Assembly: GCA_035317225.1 (NCBI GenBank)
Contig: DATHHK010000059.1
Coordinates: 4,050 to 68,049 of the forward strand
DNA: 64,000 bases
DNA from: Candidatus Udaeobacter sp.
GTDB taxonomy: Bacteria > Verrucomicrobiota > Verrucomicrobiia > Chthoniobacterales > UBA10450
Direction: 5' to 3'
The notes beneath the pieces were generated by a model. The model had not been told where the DNA came from and did no database searches. It was given only the letters and a program-made list of their open reading frames with translations. The position numbers were made by a program, and so were the translations under genes. Of this stretch, positions 1-9,993 are shown one piece after another; the first letter of the stretch is position 1; the number at the start of each line of letters is the position of its first letter.

Positions 1-1186
1 GATAATAAACGTTGTTGTATTCGAATGCCCATCCACTGGCCTGCGGATATGAATTGTTTGCCGACCAGTCCCCACGGATGCGCACCTCCTTATTAACGAG
101 CCATTCGGCGGCCTTTTGCAGCGCAGGATGCTCTGAAGGAAGGCCGGATTCCGCCAGCGAAATGATTGTGATTGCAGTGTCCCAGACTGGCGACAGACAC
201 GGTTGGATGCGGAAATCCTCGGGATCATCAACGAAGAGTCTAGCGAAGTCTTTCTCCGCCTTGGCGTAAATCGGATTTGTTTTTGAGTAACCGAGGGCGC
301 GCAATGCGATTAAACAATTCAGCATCGCCGGAAACACCGTCGCGAGGCCATCGCTACCTTCACCAATCCGTTCGAGCATCCACCGCTCCGCTTCTTCCAA
401 GGCGCGTCGGCGCAGCGGACGAATCCGCAGCGGCTGCAGGAATTTCAGAGTGTCGTCGAGTCGGAGAAAGAAATTCCGCCAGGTCCAGAAAGGTTCGCTG
501 CGGGGCAAACGCAAATCGCTTTGCTCGGTGCCAAGAGGATAAAGTTCATGCAATTGCTTTTCACCGGGCAAAATGCGAGTCGGCTTGAAATGATTAATAA
601 TCGCCAGCGGCACGAGCATCGCCCGGCTCCACGACGACATTTTGCAAATGTGAAACGGCGCCCATCGTGGGAGAAGCACCATCTCCACGGGGATCGCCGG
701 CAGGTATTTCCAGGGAAACTGGCCCAGTAACGCAAGATAAAGCTTGCTGAACGTGTTCATCTGCGGAATGCCGCCGCGACGAATGATATTCGCGCGTGCC
801 TCTTGCATAAACGGCGCGTCCACCGAACAGCCCGCGAGCTTCAATGCAAAATATGCTTTCGCTGACGCATTGATTTCGCTCGGGCCGCCATGATAAATAT
901 TCCATCCTCCATCGGGCAGTTGTCGTTTGAGAATGTGGCGCACACAGCGCCGCTGCAATTGCGCGTCCACGTCGCCGCACCAATGCATGAAAAGGATATA
1001 ATCCGAGCAGAGGGTGCTATCGACGATCAGCTCGCCGCACCAATGGCCATCCGGCTTTTGCTGGCGCAACAGGTTCTCTTGCGCGCGCGCGATCGCACTC
1101 GCGATTTCTTCGTCGTTCGCCGAATACGATTCCGATATCTCTGGTCGCGCGCTCGGCAACACAATGAGGTTCTTCGATTCCGGCAT
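1..1186 (-). CDS. shc: squalene-hopene cyclase, N-terminal ~395 codons (C-terminal part lies beyond the left edge)
   Basis: Absent from the ORF track because it has no in-window stop. My reverse-strand translation from the ATG (complement of 1184-1186) reads MPESKNLIVLPSARPEISES..QKPDGHWCGEL..LPDGGWNIYHGGPSEINASAKAYFALKLAG..SGWAFEYNNVYY. It shows QW-type repeats and breaks off just before the expected DxDD motif. It starts 13 nt after the hpnH stop. Confidence 0.85.
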   Translation of the reverse strand, partial: MPESKNLIVLPSARPEISESYSANDEEIASAIARAQENLLRQQKPDGHWCGELIVDSTLCSDYILFMHWCGDVDAQLQRRCVRHILKRQLPDGGWNIYHGGPSEINASAKAYFALKLAGCSVDAPFMQEARANIIRRGGIPQMNTFSKLYLALLGQFPWKYLPAIPVEMVLLPRWAPFHICKMSSWSRAMLVPLAIINHFKPTRILPGEKQLHELYPLGTEQSDLRLPRSEPFWTWRNFFLRLDDTLKFLQPLRIRPLRRRALEEAERWMLERIGEGSDGLATVFPAMLNCLIALRALGYSKTNPIYAKAEKDFARLFVDDPEDFRIQPCLSPVWDTAITIISLAESGLPSEHPALQKAAEWLVNKEVRIRGDWSANNSYPQASGWAFEYNNVYY

Positions 1187-1199
1187 GCAGATCCGATCT

Positions 1200-2489
1200 T
1201 TACGAGGCTTTGGCTGCGGCTTCTGCGCGTTTCCCGGTCAGGTGTCCGTTACCGGAGCTCACGCCATTGAAGGCGAGAACCTCGCTGCCACGGCGAGAAG
1301 GTTTCGGCTTCGAGCCGAAATTGAACTTGATCGTTTTCCACGTGTCTCCTCGTTGCGCCTGAAGTCCCAACGTCGCTGTCGGCTCGTAACCGCAATGCAC
1401 CATGCAGTTCTCGCATCGGCTATCGCGCGCCACGCCGTTGACGACGCCATACTGTTCCCATTCGGTCTTTTCCAGTAACTCCGCGTAGCTCGAGTAGTGC
1501 CCGTCGGTCATCAAATAGCATGGGCCTTTCCAACCGCGGATATTTCGTGTCGGAATCGCCCATGCTGAACACGTTAGATCGCGCTTGCCCGCAAGAAACT
1601 CGAAGTACACCGGCGTCCCCAAAAAACAATAACGACTCATCCACTCCTCGACTTTTTGGAACTTCTCGACCGTCATTGCGCGGGTAAGAAAGAAGTTTTC
1701 CGGGCGCAGGTTGAGCCGTTTGATCATGTCTTTCTTGGCGGCGTCGTAATCGTATCCAGGGGTGATGGTGTGACCATCCACGCCAAGATCGGAAAGATAA
1801 TCGAACATCTGTTCGATCTCTTGCATATCGGTTTCCTTGTAGATCGTTGCGTTCGTCGCCACTTGATAGCCGAGCAGCTTTGCCATTTTGATTGCCAGGA
1901 TGCATTCCTTGAAGACGCCCTCGCGCTCCACAATCAGGTCGTGTGTTCGCTCCAAGCCATCGAGGTGCACGTTCCAGTACATCCATTTGGTCGGACCAAT
2001 AGTTGGCTTTGCCCGATCTTTTGGTCCCTTGCGGATTTCTGTCGCATCTTTTTCGCTCAGCAGTCCCGCGCCCAGCAACGCACTGATTTTTTCTTCGACA
2101 AACTCTGGCCGAATCGACACCTGCGAGGCCATCCACTCACGCATCTTTTTGCGCATGAACATGGCGTTGGTGCAAATATAAACGATTCGTCGTTGCGCGA
2201 GCAATCCGTCCACCAGCGCCTCGATATGCGGATAGATAAGCGGTTCGCCGCCGCAGATGGAAACCATCGGTGCGTTGCATTCGTTTGCCGCCCCAAGACA
2301 ATCCTCCAAGCTCATCATGTCCTTGAGCGACGTGGAGTATTCTCGAATCCGCCCACAACCTGTGCATGTGAGGTTGCATGTGTGCAGCGGTTCGAGCTGA
2401 AGCACCGTGGCGAATTTCTTCGTGCCACGCAACTTATGCCCAATCACGTAGGCCGCGATTTTCGCTGTAAGCGGTAAAGGAAATCTCAT
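1200..2489 (-). CDS. hpnH: hopanoid-associated radical SAM protein HpnH (adenosylhopane synthase)
   Basis: 429-aa ORF with the radical-SAM cluster motif CNLTCTGCGRI and the ICGGEPL motif. N-terminal similarity to HpnH, and it lies directly upstream of shc. It carries a short basic C-terminal extension. Confidence 0.85.
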   Translation of the reverse strand: MRFPLPLTAKIAAYVIGHKLRGTKKFATVLQLEPLHTCNLTCTGCGRIREYSTSLKDMMSLEDCLGAANECNAPMVSICGGEPLIYPHIEALVDGLLAQRRIVYICTNAMFMRKKMREWMASQVSIRPEFVEEKISALLGAGLLSEKDATEIRKGPKDRAKPTIGPTKWMYWNVHLDGLERTHDLIVEREGVFKECILAIKMAKLLGYQVATNATIYKETDMQEIEQMFDYLSDLGVDGHTITPGYDYDAAKKDMIKRLNLRPENFFLTRAMTVEKFQKVEEWMSRYCFLGTPVYFEFLAGKRDLTCSAWAIPTRNIRGWKGPCYLMTDGHYSSYAELLEKTEWEQYGVVNGVARDSRCENCMVHCGYEPTATLGLQAQRGDTWKTIKFNFGSKPKPSRRGSEVLAFNGVSSGNGHLTGKRAEAAAKAS

Positions 2490-2510
2490 TGGAGCGAGGA
2501 TAGTAACAAG

Positions 2511-2540
2511 AGGCGCTGGGGTGTCAATGACCCGGCGCCT
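2511..2540. other. 10-bp GC-rich inverted repeat in the hpnH / lipoprotein divergent spacer
   Basis: AGGCGCTGGG-gtgtcaatga-CCCGGCGCCT (one G-T wobble), followed by TTCTCAG on the plus strand. It lies 22 nt upstream of the hpnH start. Function unknown. Confidence 0.3.
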
Positions 2541-2700
2541 TTCTCAGTCTGCGTTAGTCTGAATCGGCTTGAAGCTGCTGTTCGGATTTGCGGGACTCTA
2601 CACCAGACTTCTAAAGGCGGAAAAGCAAAATAAACATGCGACTGCGAGGGGTTTCTGTGGTTAAATAGTGGCAAGTGAAACTCTAAACAAGGTAAAGAGT

Positions 2701-3111
2701 ATGAAACGATTATTGTTAGCAGCATTTGCTGTTGGCCTCATCGGTTGCGCGCAGCAGCCAGCATCATCCCCCGGTCCCGCGGTAACGGGCGGTTATACTT
2801 ACGACCGCTACGCGCGGAGCGCGGACGCATGGGGGTATCCAAATCCAGTTTACAAGAACTGGACCACGGAGCAGTTGCAGAAGCGCCGCTTGGAGCTCTA
2901 CGCCCAGGTTCCCTTTACCAGGAATCGAAACGAAGTGCCCGCCTACATCTATTCGGGAATGGCGCTTCCACAGCAGGATGAGATCAAGGCAATTGAAGTT
3001 GTGCTGAACCAGCGATATGCGGCTGGCGACAAGAGCGCGGAACTTAAAGAATTCTGGCCCTCATCGCGCAGGCACATTGCCAGCGGCTCACGTGTAGAAA
3101 CACTTTTTTAA
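2701..3111 (+). CDS. hypothetical lipoprotein
   Basis: The ORF-track ORF is 2668-3111. The internal ATG at 2701 gives MKRLLLAAFAVGLIGC, a signal peptide with lipobox (LIGC). I do not recognise a family. Confidence 0.55.
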   Translation: MKRLLLAAFAVGLIGCAQQPASSPGPAVTGGYTYDRYARSADAWGYPNPVYKNWTTEQLQKRRLELYAQVPFTRNRNEVPAYIYSGMALPQQDEIKAIEVVLNQRYAAGDKSAELKEFWPSSRRHIASGSRVETLF

Positions 3112-3130
3112 CTTCGAATACATTCGAAGT
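3111..3130. terminator. perfect 9+9 palindrome just after the lipoprotein stop
   Basis: ACTTCGAAT-ac-ATTCGAAGT. There is a T6 run upstream on the plus strand but no U-tract downstream, so terminator function is uncertain. Confidence 0.3.
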
Positions 3131-3134
3131 GATG

Positions 3135-3153
3135 AAAACCGGCGAAATGCCGG
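3135..3153 (-). terminator. candidate intrinsic terminator of the MarC-family gene
   Basis: On the minus strand: CCGGC-auuuc-GCCGG followed by UUUUCAUC, about 45 nt after the stop at 3197. Confidence 0.35.
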
Positions 3154-3196
3154 CGTCAAGGGTCTTGTCTAGAGCCTAGCTTGTCGTTACAGCTGG

Positions 3197-3772
3197 TCAC
3201 GCTGGCGTGTTCCAGCCGCGACGGATGAGGCTGACGGCAATCGCGGCGAGGAGGAGCGCGACAATTTTCGATATGCCGCGTAATCCTTGCATGCCCATCC
3301 AACGCGCGAACCGATCGGCATTCCAGAACGCCAGTGCGACCAAGCCCAGATTGACCACCAGCGAGGCGAGCGTGAACACTATGCCCACCGTATCGACCAG
3401 AACGAGCAGGGCGGTGAGCAACGCCGGCCCGGCAATCAACGGCATCCCAAGCGGCACAATTCCGAATTCATCGCTGCCTCCGGGGCTGGACGGCCCAACA
3501 TTGAGCAATTCGCGCCCTGCCAAGGCGAGTAGAATAAGACCGCCGGCGACCTGAAAGTCTGCATCGGTGATTCCAAGCGCATCGAAAATAATTTGCCCCA
3601 GAAAAACAAATCCGATCGCCACGCAGAACGCTGTGAAGAGTCCGAGAGCCGCCTGACGTTTGCGCTGCTCCGGCGAAGCGCTGGACGCGAGCCCGATGAA
3701 TATCGCGACGAGTCCGATTGGATCGATGGCGACAAAGACCGGAATGAAAGCGACGAAAAATTTCTGGATCAT
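3197..3772 (-). CDS. MarC family (UPF0056) integral membrane protein
   Basis: 191 aa with multiple hydrophobic spans. The motifs FIPVFVAIDPIG and PLGMPLIAGPA are typical of MarC-family proteins. Confidence 0.8.
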   Translation of the reverse strand: MIQKFFVAFIPVFVAIDPIGLVAIFIGLASSASPEQRKRQAALGLFTAFCVAIGFVFLGQIIFDALGITDADFQVAGGLILLALAGRELLNVGPSSPGGSDEFGIVPLGMPLIAGPALLTALLVLVDTVGIVFTLASLVVNLGLVALAFWNADRFARWMGMQGLRGISKIVALLLAAIAVSLIRRGWNTPA

Positions 3773-3879
3773 CGTTGCGCAGGTTTCCTAGCGTGTCAGT
3801 GCTTAAAACGCAATACAGGACGGTTAATCAAGCTTGCCTTTTACGCGCGCCCACGGATGTTCGCCGACACTCAACGTTC

Positions 3880-6024
3880 ATGAAATCCTTGCTTCTTTTT
3901 CTGTCACTCGTTTTCGTCGCTTCAAGTCATAAGCTTCCGGCTGCTGAACTCAAAACTGTCGATGACTTTCGAGCTGCGGCCGCGAAGGCCAATGCTGTCT
4001 TAACGATTCCCGATTGGGAGCAAACGCCGAAAGCGGTCGGGGCGATGATGAACGACGCCATCGCAAAGGCGAACAAAGCACTGGATCAAATCGGCTCGCA
4101 GGATCTGAAAAAGGTCACGTTTAAAAGCACGGTCGTCGCCCTCGATGATCTCACTTACGAGGCAGCACTGGCAGCGAACAGGGCCACAATCATTAAAGAG
4201 ACAAACACGAATCCAGAAATGCGCGCTGCTGCTGAAAACGCGGTAAAGTCCTTTCAAGACTGGGCGGTGGGCATCGATTACCGGGAGGACGTTTACAAAG
4301 CAATCAAGGCTTTCGCCGACACACACCCGAAGCTTTCGGGTGAGGACGAAAAACTGCTGAACGAGACATTGCGCGATTATCGGCGCGCCGGGCTAGACCT
4401 TCCGTCGGATCAGCGCAAAGAGGTTGAGCAGTTGCGAAAGGAGTTGTCCAAACTCGGGACTGACTTCGACACAAACATTGTGAAGGCGAACGCGCCGGTG
4501 ATCTTCACGAAGGCCGATTTGAATGGACTGCCCGAAAGCTTCTTCGCTTCGCCCGGCATCAGGACAGGAGACGATGCCTACACAGTGAAGGCAAATGTCA
4601 CGTGGCAATTTAATACCGTCGAGGAGAATGCTAAGAGCGAAGCGACACGCAAACAGCTTTACGTCATTCGCGAGACGCTCGCCAAGGAGGCAAACGTTCC
4701 TGTTCTCAACCAGATGCTCACGCTTCGGAACAAGATTGCACTGCGACTGGGCTACAAATCGTGGGATGACTATCAGACGGAAGTCAAAATGGCCAAGACT
4801 GGCGCGAACGCCCAGAAATACATCAGCGATCTGGTCACCGGCATTCAGCCCAAGTTCGAGAGCGAAGTAGCGGAATTACAAAAGCTGAAGGCCGCTGAAA
4901 CGAACGATCCCAACGCCAAGATCGAGGTGTGGGACTGGCGCTATTATGCCAACCAGCGGGACAAACAAAAGTACGCCGTCGACAAGGAAGCGTTGCGCGC
5001 ATTTTTCCCGTTCCAAAAGGTACTCGATGGCATGTTCAATATTTATCAAAGCATCTTCGGTCTGAAGTTCGAAAAGATCGCCGCGCCTTACAAATGGATC
5101 GATGATCTCCAGCTTTATATGGTGACCGATTCTTCCACGGGCGAACCGCTTGGGATGTTTTATCTCGATATGTTTCCGCGCGAAGGAAAATTCAATCACT
5201 TCGCCCAATTCGAAATCATCAGCGGGAAACTTTTGCCGGATGGAAAATACCAGCGACCAATTGTCGCTTTGCTTTGTAATTTTTCGCCTCCGACAGCGGA
5301 CAAGCCCTCTTTGATGACCCACCAGGAGGTTGAAACTCTGTTCCACGAATTTGGCCACGCTCTGCATTCAATTGTCACTCGCGCGAAGTACGGTCGTTTC
5401 GCCGGCACGCATGTGCCGGGGGATTTTGTAGAGGCGCCATCGCAAATGCTCCAGAACTGGGTCTGGGACAAGAAAGTGCTCGACACATTTGCCGCCGATT
5501 ACCGCGATCCATCGAAGAAGATTCCGGCCGAAATAATTGAAAAGATGAACGATGCGAAACTGGCGAGCGCCGGTGTTCTTTATCGGCGCCAGTTCGCGTT
5601 CGCGTCGCTCGACCTCGCGTTGCATACCCAGCACGCCGAGGATATGCCCTACGATAGCGTAGGTGTTTCGAATCCGATCCTGGAAAAAGTTTTTCTCCCA
5701 ATTGACCCAAGCACTACCTTCGTTTCCTATTTCGGCCACCTGAATGGCTACGATGCCGGCTACTACGGCTATGCATGGGCCGACGCCATCGCTGCAGATA
5801 TGGCAACTGTGTTCGAAAAAGCGAAGGATGGCTACCTCGACAAACAAGCCGGCATGAAATTACGCCACGAAATCTATGAGCCAGGTGACTCGCGTGACGT
5901 CAATATTTCGATCGAAAAATTCCTCGGTCGCAAACAATCCGTCCAACCGTTCCTGAAAAAAATTGGTATCGGCGCACAAGAGAAAAACAAGGCGACTGTG
6001 GAATCGTCGCAGAAAGGTAAATAG
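3880..6024 (+). CDS. secreted M3-family zinc metallopeptidase (oligopeptidase / dipeptidyl carboxypeptidase-like)
   Basis: HEFGHALH (HExxH) motif and M3-like length. ATG 3880 gives the signal peptide MKSLLLFLSLVFVASS. The ORF-track start at 3775 looks like an upstream extension that abuts the divergent MarC gene. Confidence 0.85.
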   Translation: MKSLLLFLSLVFVASSHKLPAAELKTVDDFRAAAAKANAVLTIPDWEQTPKAVGAMMNDAIAKANKALDQIGSQDLKKVTFKSTVVALDDLTYEAALAANRATIIKETNTNPEMRAAAENAVKSFQDWAVGIDYREDVYKAIKAFADTHPKLSGEDEKLLNETLRDYRRAGLDLPSDQRKEVEQLRKELSKLGTDFDTNIVKANAPVIFTKADLNGLPESFFASPGIRTGDDAYTVKANVTWQFNTVEENAKSEATRKQLYVIRETLAKEANVPVLNQMLTLRNKIALRLGYKSWDDYQTEVKMAKTGANAQKYISDLVTGIQPKFESEVAELQKLKAAETNDPNAKIEVWDWRYYANQRDKQKYAVDKEALRAFFPFQKVLDGMFNIYQSIFGLKFEKIAAPYKWIDDLQLYMVTDSSTGEPLGMFYLDMFPREGKFNHFAQFEIISGKLLPDGKYQRPIVALLCNFSPPTADKPSLMTHQEVETLFHEFGHALHSIVTRAKYGRFAGTHVPGDFVEAPSQMLQNWVWDKKVLDTFAADYRDPSKKIPAEIIEKMNDAKLASAGVLYRRQFAFASLDLALHTQHAEDMPYDSVGVSNPILEKVFLPIDPSTTFVSYFGHLNGYDAGYYGYAWADAIAADMATVFEKAKDGYLDKQAGMKLRHEIYEPGDSRDVNISIEKFLGRKQSVQPFLKKIGIGAQEKNKATVESSQKGK

Positions 6025-6114
6025 CTGTAGAGGGGCTTGTGCCGAGCGCCTTGTTGAAGCGATCGTCAAAGCTCGGCGTTTGACACAAACACCGCTACAA
6101 CGTCTTCGTATGTC

Positions 6115-7794
6115 GTGAAAATCGTACGCTGCTGTCTTGCAATGCTTCTTTCTGCTGGAACGTCGCTCTTCGCCGCCGATGAATTAGCATTGCATTTGGA
6201 GCCGGCGTTGGAAGCGATTACCCCGGACGGCATGCTCGCGCACATTAAGGTTCTGGCGTCGGATGAATTCGAAGGGCGCGCACCGGGGACAAAGGGCGAA
6301 GAACTGTCGATCAATTACATCACTGATCAGTTCAAACAAATCGGGTTGAAGCCGGGAAATCCAGATGGAACGTACACGCAGGAAGTTCCTCTCGCCGGGA
6401 TCAGGAGCGAGCCCACAATGTCGTTCATCACTGGCGATAAGACCATCGACCTTAAATATCCCGACGATTTCGTCGCGTCTTCAGCGCGTCTCCAATCAGA
6501 GATCAAGATCGACAATTCGGATGTGGTTTTCGTCGGATACGGCGTCGTCGCACCGGAATACGGATGGGATGACTACAAGAATGTCGATGTTCACGGCAAA
6601 ACGCTGTTGATGCTGATCGGCGATCCGCCGATTCCCGATCCGAAAGATTCATCGAAACTCGATGAGAAGATGTTTAAAGGGAAAGCGATGACCTATTACG
6701 GCAGGTGGACTTACAAATACGAGATCGCTGCGAAAAAAGGGGCCGCGGCCGCCGTAATCATCCACCAGACGGAGTCGGCCGGTTACCCGTATTCGGTGGT
6801 AAGAACGAGTTGGGCCAAGGAAAACTACGAGATCGATTCTCCAAATAAAAACATGGACGCAGTCGGAGCACGGTCTTGGATCGCTCTCGACGCTGCGAAG
6901 AAATTGCTGGCCGACTGCGGCCAGGATTACGATGCACTGAAGAAATCAGCGATCACCAAAGAATTCCGACCCGTGACTTTGAAAGCAAAAGCCAATATCA
7001 ATATCAAACAACAACTACGCTCATTCAAATCGCATAACGTGATCGGAAAACTCGACGGAAGCGATCCGAAATTGCGAGACGAATATGTCATTTATACTGC
7101 GCACTGGGATCATCTCGGGCGCCGTTCAGAATTACAGGGCGATCAGATTTCTAACGGCGCTATCGATAACGCGTCTGGCGTGGCATCGGTCATCGAGCTC
7201 GCGGCCGCGTTCGCAAAATTGAATCCACCGCCGAAACGGTCGGTCTTATTCATGGCCACGACCGCTGAAGAAGCAGGATTGCTCGGCGCGAAATTCTACG
7301 CGCTGCATCCGCTTTATCCCCTGGAAAGAACGCTGGCCGACATCAACATCGACACGGTGAACCCCTGGGGAAAAACGCGCGACATCGAGGACCTAAGCAA
7401 CAACAATTCGACCCTCGACGACTTGTTGGCTGCAGCCGCCAAAAGCAACGGACGAGAGATGAAACCGAATAGTCAGCCGGAGAAAGGCAGTTTCTATCGC
7501 GCCGATCATTTTGAATTTTCCAAACGCGGCGTGCCTTCGCTTTATACTGGCGGCGGCACCAATTTCATCGGGAAACCGGCGCATTTCGGTCAGCAAAAGA
7601 AAGACGATTACACCGAACACCATTACCATCAGGTGTCGGACGAAGTTGATCCGAACTGGGACCTCTCCGGAGCAGTGCAGGATATTCAGCTGCTATTCGA
7701 AGTCGGTTATCAGGTCGCCAATGACGGCAAGTTTCCCGAGTGGAGACCCGAGAGCGAGTTTAAGGCAAAGCGAGATTTGATGTTGAGGAAGTGA
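6115..7794 (+). CDS. secreted M28-family aminopeptidase with PA-like insert
   Basis: GTG start and signal peptide [21 protein letters not shown]28 motifs [19 protein letters not shown] and [11 protein letters not shown] are present. Confidence 0.85.
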   Translation: MKIVRCCLAMLLSAGTSLFAADELALHLEPALEAITPDGMLAHIKVLASDEFEGRAPGTKGEELSINYITDQFKQIGLKPGNPDGTYTQEVPLAGIRSEPTMSFITGDKTIDLKYPDDFVASSARLQSEIKIDNSDVVFVGYGVVAPEYGWDDYKNVDVHGKTLLMLIGDPPIPDPKDSSKLDEKMFKGKAMTYYGRWTYKYEIAAKKGAAAAVIIHQTESAGYPYSVVRTSWAKENYEIDSPNKNMDAVGARSWIALDAAKKLLADCGQDYDALKKSAITKEFRPVTLKAKANINIKQQLRSFKSHNVIGKLDGSDPKLRDEYVIYTAHWDHLGRRSELQGDQISNGAIDNASGVASVIELAAAFAKLNPPPKRSVLFMATTAEEAGLLGAKFYALHPLYPLERTLADINIDTVNPWGKTRDIEDLSNNNSTLDDLLAAAAKSNGREMKPNSQPEKGSFYRADHFEFSKRGVPSLYTGGGTNFIGKPAHFGQQKKDDYTEHHYHQVSDEVDPNWDLSGAVQDIQLLFEVGYQVANDGKFPEWRPESEFKAKRDLMLRK

Positions 7795-7866
7795 TCGCAC
7801 CGAGAACTGAGTTGCATTGCAGCGCATCTGATGGTTGAATCAGCACTCGCGAATTTGAAACACTGA

Positions 7867-7971
7867 ATGGGCTCGCTTAAGAAAAGACGCAAGGCGAAAA
7901 TTGCCAAGCATAAGCGCCGCAAACGCATGAAGGCGCATCGGCACAAGAAGCGCCTCCGATATAAGGCGTAG
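7867..7971 (+). CDS. 34-aa Lys/Arg-rich protein, candidate ribosomal protein bS22 (AURKAIP1/COX24-like)
   Basis: Below the ORF-track length cut-off. My translation is MGSLKKRRKAKIAKHKRRKRMKAHRHKKRLRYKA, ending at TAG. The N-terminal MGS-x-KKRRK and the overall Lys/Arg composition resemble the mycobacterial / Bacteroidetes bS22 family as I remember it. It lies in an otherwise empty 195-nt spacer. Confidence 0.5.
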   Translation: MGSLKKRRKAKIAKHKRRKRMKAHRHKKRLRYKA

Positions 7972-7989
7972 CGCGGTTAGCGCAAGAGT

Positions 7990-9969
7990 TTGGAAAACGC
8001 CCAACATTCAACGCCGGACGTCCAACTCCCAACTCAAACAAAGACTGGCCTGCCAGGCCATAGCCCCAAACGCTTCAAGGGCTGGTTTGCGGAGGTTAGG
8101 CCGAAGACTAACATTAGACGCGTGAGGCAACGGAAGAAGCACCGGGGCATTTTGCTGCGCCGTTGTCTTTTTTTGGCGCTCGTGTTTCTGGTCGCGACGA
8201 GCGCGGCGGCCAACCGAACGGCGAAAACGTCACCGCCAAGAACTGGGTCTTCATCGGTGACAATAAAAAAGGCTGGTCGCCAGGATGATTCGCTCAACTC
8301 CAAACCGGCTGCCGATCTATCACTACGTTCGGAAGGCGCGCACAAGGCGGATGCACTAACGCATTTTGTCGAAGGAATGTCGCTCGAAGAAAATGGCGAG
8401 ACAGATCGCGCGCTGGAGGCGTATCGCAAAGTGCTGAATGTCGATCCCGGCCAATCGCAACTCGCCTCGCGCGTCGCTGGCCTGTTGATAGAGCAGGAGG
8501 ATTTTCCACAAGCGATTGACGTGTTGAAAGATGCAATCAAGGCAAACCCGAAGGATGCCGATCCGTATCAACAGCTCGCATTCATTTATGCGAAGTATCT
8601 CAAGAAAACCGATCAGGCTATTGATTATGCCAATCGGGCCATCACCTTGAATCCAGCGGACATCGAAGGTTACCAGCGTCTGGTGGAAATCGAAGTTGCG
8701 GCCGGACAAGAGAAAAAGGCGCTCGAAGTTCTGGATCGCGCCACAAAGGTTCGCAGCGACGATGCCAACTTTTGGATGCGGCTCGGCAAACTTTACGTGG
8801 CGCTCCTTTTCAAGTCCGATTCACAGCCGAAACCCGACGAGCTGAAAAAAACGAACAATATTTTCAAAAAAGCAGCCGACCACGCCGGGGATGACCCTGC
8901 GATCCTAAAGGATGTCGCCGATTACTATGCGGCCTCGCAGCAATTGAAAGAGGCAATTCCGCTTTATCTGCATGTTCTTGAGCTGCAACCGGACGACGCA
9001 AACGCGCGAGAGAAACTAGCAACCGGCTTTATCCTGACGAATCAGCGGGGCAAAGCAGTTGAGATGCTCGAGCAAATCATCAAAGAGCATCCCGAAAAGT
9101 ATCAAACTTACGACTTGTTGGCGCAGGTGCTGGATGATGAAGCTCGATCACTCCAACGCGCAAAGAAAGTCGTCGAAGCAAAAGCGACCTTTGCGAAAGC
9201 AGCCGCAAATTATGAGCAAAGCCTGCTGATTAATCCGAATCATGTGGGCACATATTTGCATCTGGCGGAACTGTTCCTTGGACCTTTAAAAGACGCAGAT
9301 CGTGCGGTCAGATTGCTGACAGAAGCCCGGCGCCGCTTCCTGGGCGCACCGGAAATCGTTTACTATCTGGCCATTGCTCAAAGCGAAGCGAAACAGACCC
9401 AGCAGGCCGTCGCGACGTTTGAGGAGGCATTGCATGAAGCGCAACTCGACGAGGACAATGACATCCCGAACGCCAAGTTCTATTTCAATTATGGCGCGAC
9501 GGCAGAGCAGGCAGGTCTGTACGAAAAGGCGGCTGATCTTCTTCGGAAATCGATCGCGCTTGATCCGACGAACTCGGCGGAAGCTTGCAATTATCTCGGC
9601 TATATGTGGGCCGATCACAACATGAACCTGGACGAGGCCGAAACGATGATTAAACGCGCGCTGGAAATGGACCCAAATAATGCTTCCTACCTCGATAGTC
9701 TGGGTTGGGTAGAGTTCCGGAAGGGTAAATTTGACCAAGCTTTGAACGATCTGCTCAGTGCGGCAAAAACTGCGGACCACGAAGATCCGGTCATCTTCGA
9801 GCATATTGGGGATGCCTATTTCAAATTGAATCGAATTTCCGAAGCGCTCGAATCCTGGCATAAATCGCTGACGCTCGATCCAAAAAACAAGAATCTGGCA
9901 AACAAGATCGAAAGGACCAAGGCGCCAATCGGCAACGGCCAATCAGCAAAGACGAATCCAACCCGGTAA
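7990..9969 (+). CDS. TPR-repeat protein, membrane-anchored or secreted
   Basis: Many TPR-like units are present (..NVDPGQ.., ..KANPKDADPY.., ..TLNPADIEGY.., ..ALDPTNSAEACNYLG.., ..EMDPNNASYLDSLG.., ..TLDPKNKNL..). There is no ATG near the 5' end. The start is either TTG 7990 or GTG 8122; the latter gives the signal-anchor RQRKKHRGILLRRCLFLALVFLVATSAAA. Confidence 0.75.
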   Translation: MENAQHSTPDVQLPTQTKTGLPGHSPKRFKGWFAEVRPKTNIRRVRQRKKHRGILLRRCLFLALVFLVATSAAANRTAKTSPPRTGSSSVTIKKAGRQDDSLNSKPAADLSLRSEGAHKADALTHFVEGMSLEENGETDRALEAYRKVLNVDPGQSQLASRVAGLLIEQEDFPQAIDVLKDAIKANPKDADPYQQLAFIYAKYLKKTDQAIDYANRAITLNPADIEGYQRLVEIEVAAGQEKKALEVLDRATKVRSDDANFWMRLGKLYVALLFKSDSQPKPDELKKTNNIFKKAADHAGDDPAILKDVADYYAASQQLKEAIPLYLHVLELQPDDANAREKLATGFILTNQRGKAVEMLEQIIKEHPEKYQTYDLLAQVLDDEARSLQRAKKVVEAKATFAKAAANYEQSLLINPNHVGTYLHLAELFLGPLKDADRAVRLLTEARRRFLGAPEIVYYLAIAQSEAKQTQQAVATFEEALHEAQLDEDNDIPNAKFYFNYGATAEQAGLYEKAADLLRKSIALDPTNSAEACNYLGYMWADHNMNLDEAETMIKRALEMDPNNASYLDSLGWVEFRKGKFDQALNDLLSAAKTADHEDPVIFEHIGDAYFKLNRISEALESWHKSLTLDPKNKNLANKIERTKAPIGNGQSAKTNPTR

Positions 9970-9993
9970 CTGTAGCGTTCTAGTAACTATTAT

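Noticed and set aside
445-1478. ORF-track ORFs 445-735(-), 521-730(+), 594-983(-), 890-1270(+) and 1014-1478(+)
   Set aside because: All lie inside, or out of frame with, the squalene-hopene cyclase reading frame, which I translated by hand and which shows clear SHC motifs. They have no recognisable features, so I treat them as shadow ORFs.
1420-2477. 238-aa (-) and 273-aa (+) ORFs overlapping hpnH
   Set aside because: They are alternative-frame or antisense shadows of a clearly conserved radical-SAM gene, with an Arg-rich, low-complexity composition.
6019-6035. The word CTGTAG appearing just after stop codons at about 6024 and 9968, and at 17451
   Set aside because: It is only a hexamer with no extended similarity around it, so I take it as coincidence.
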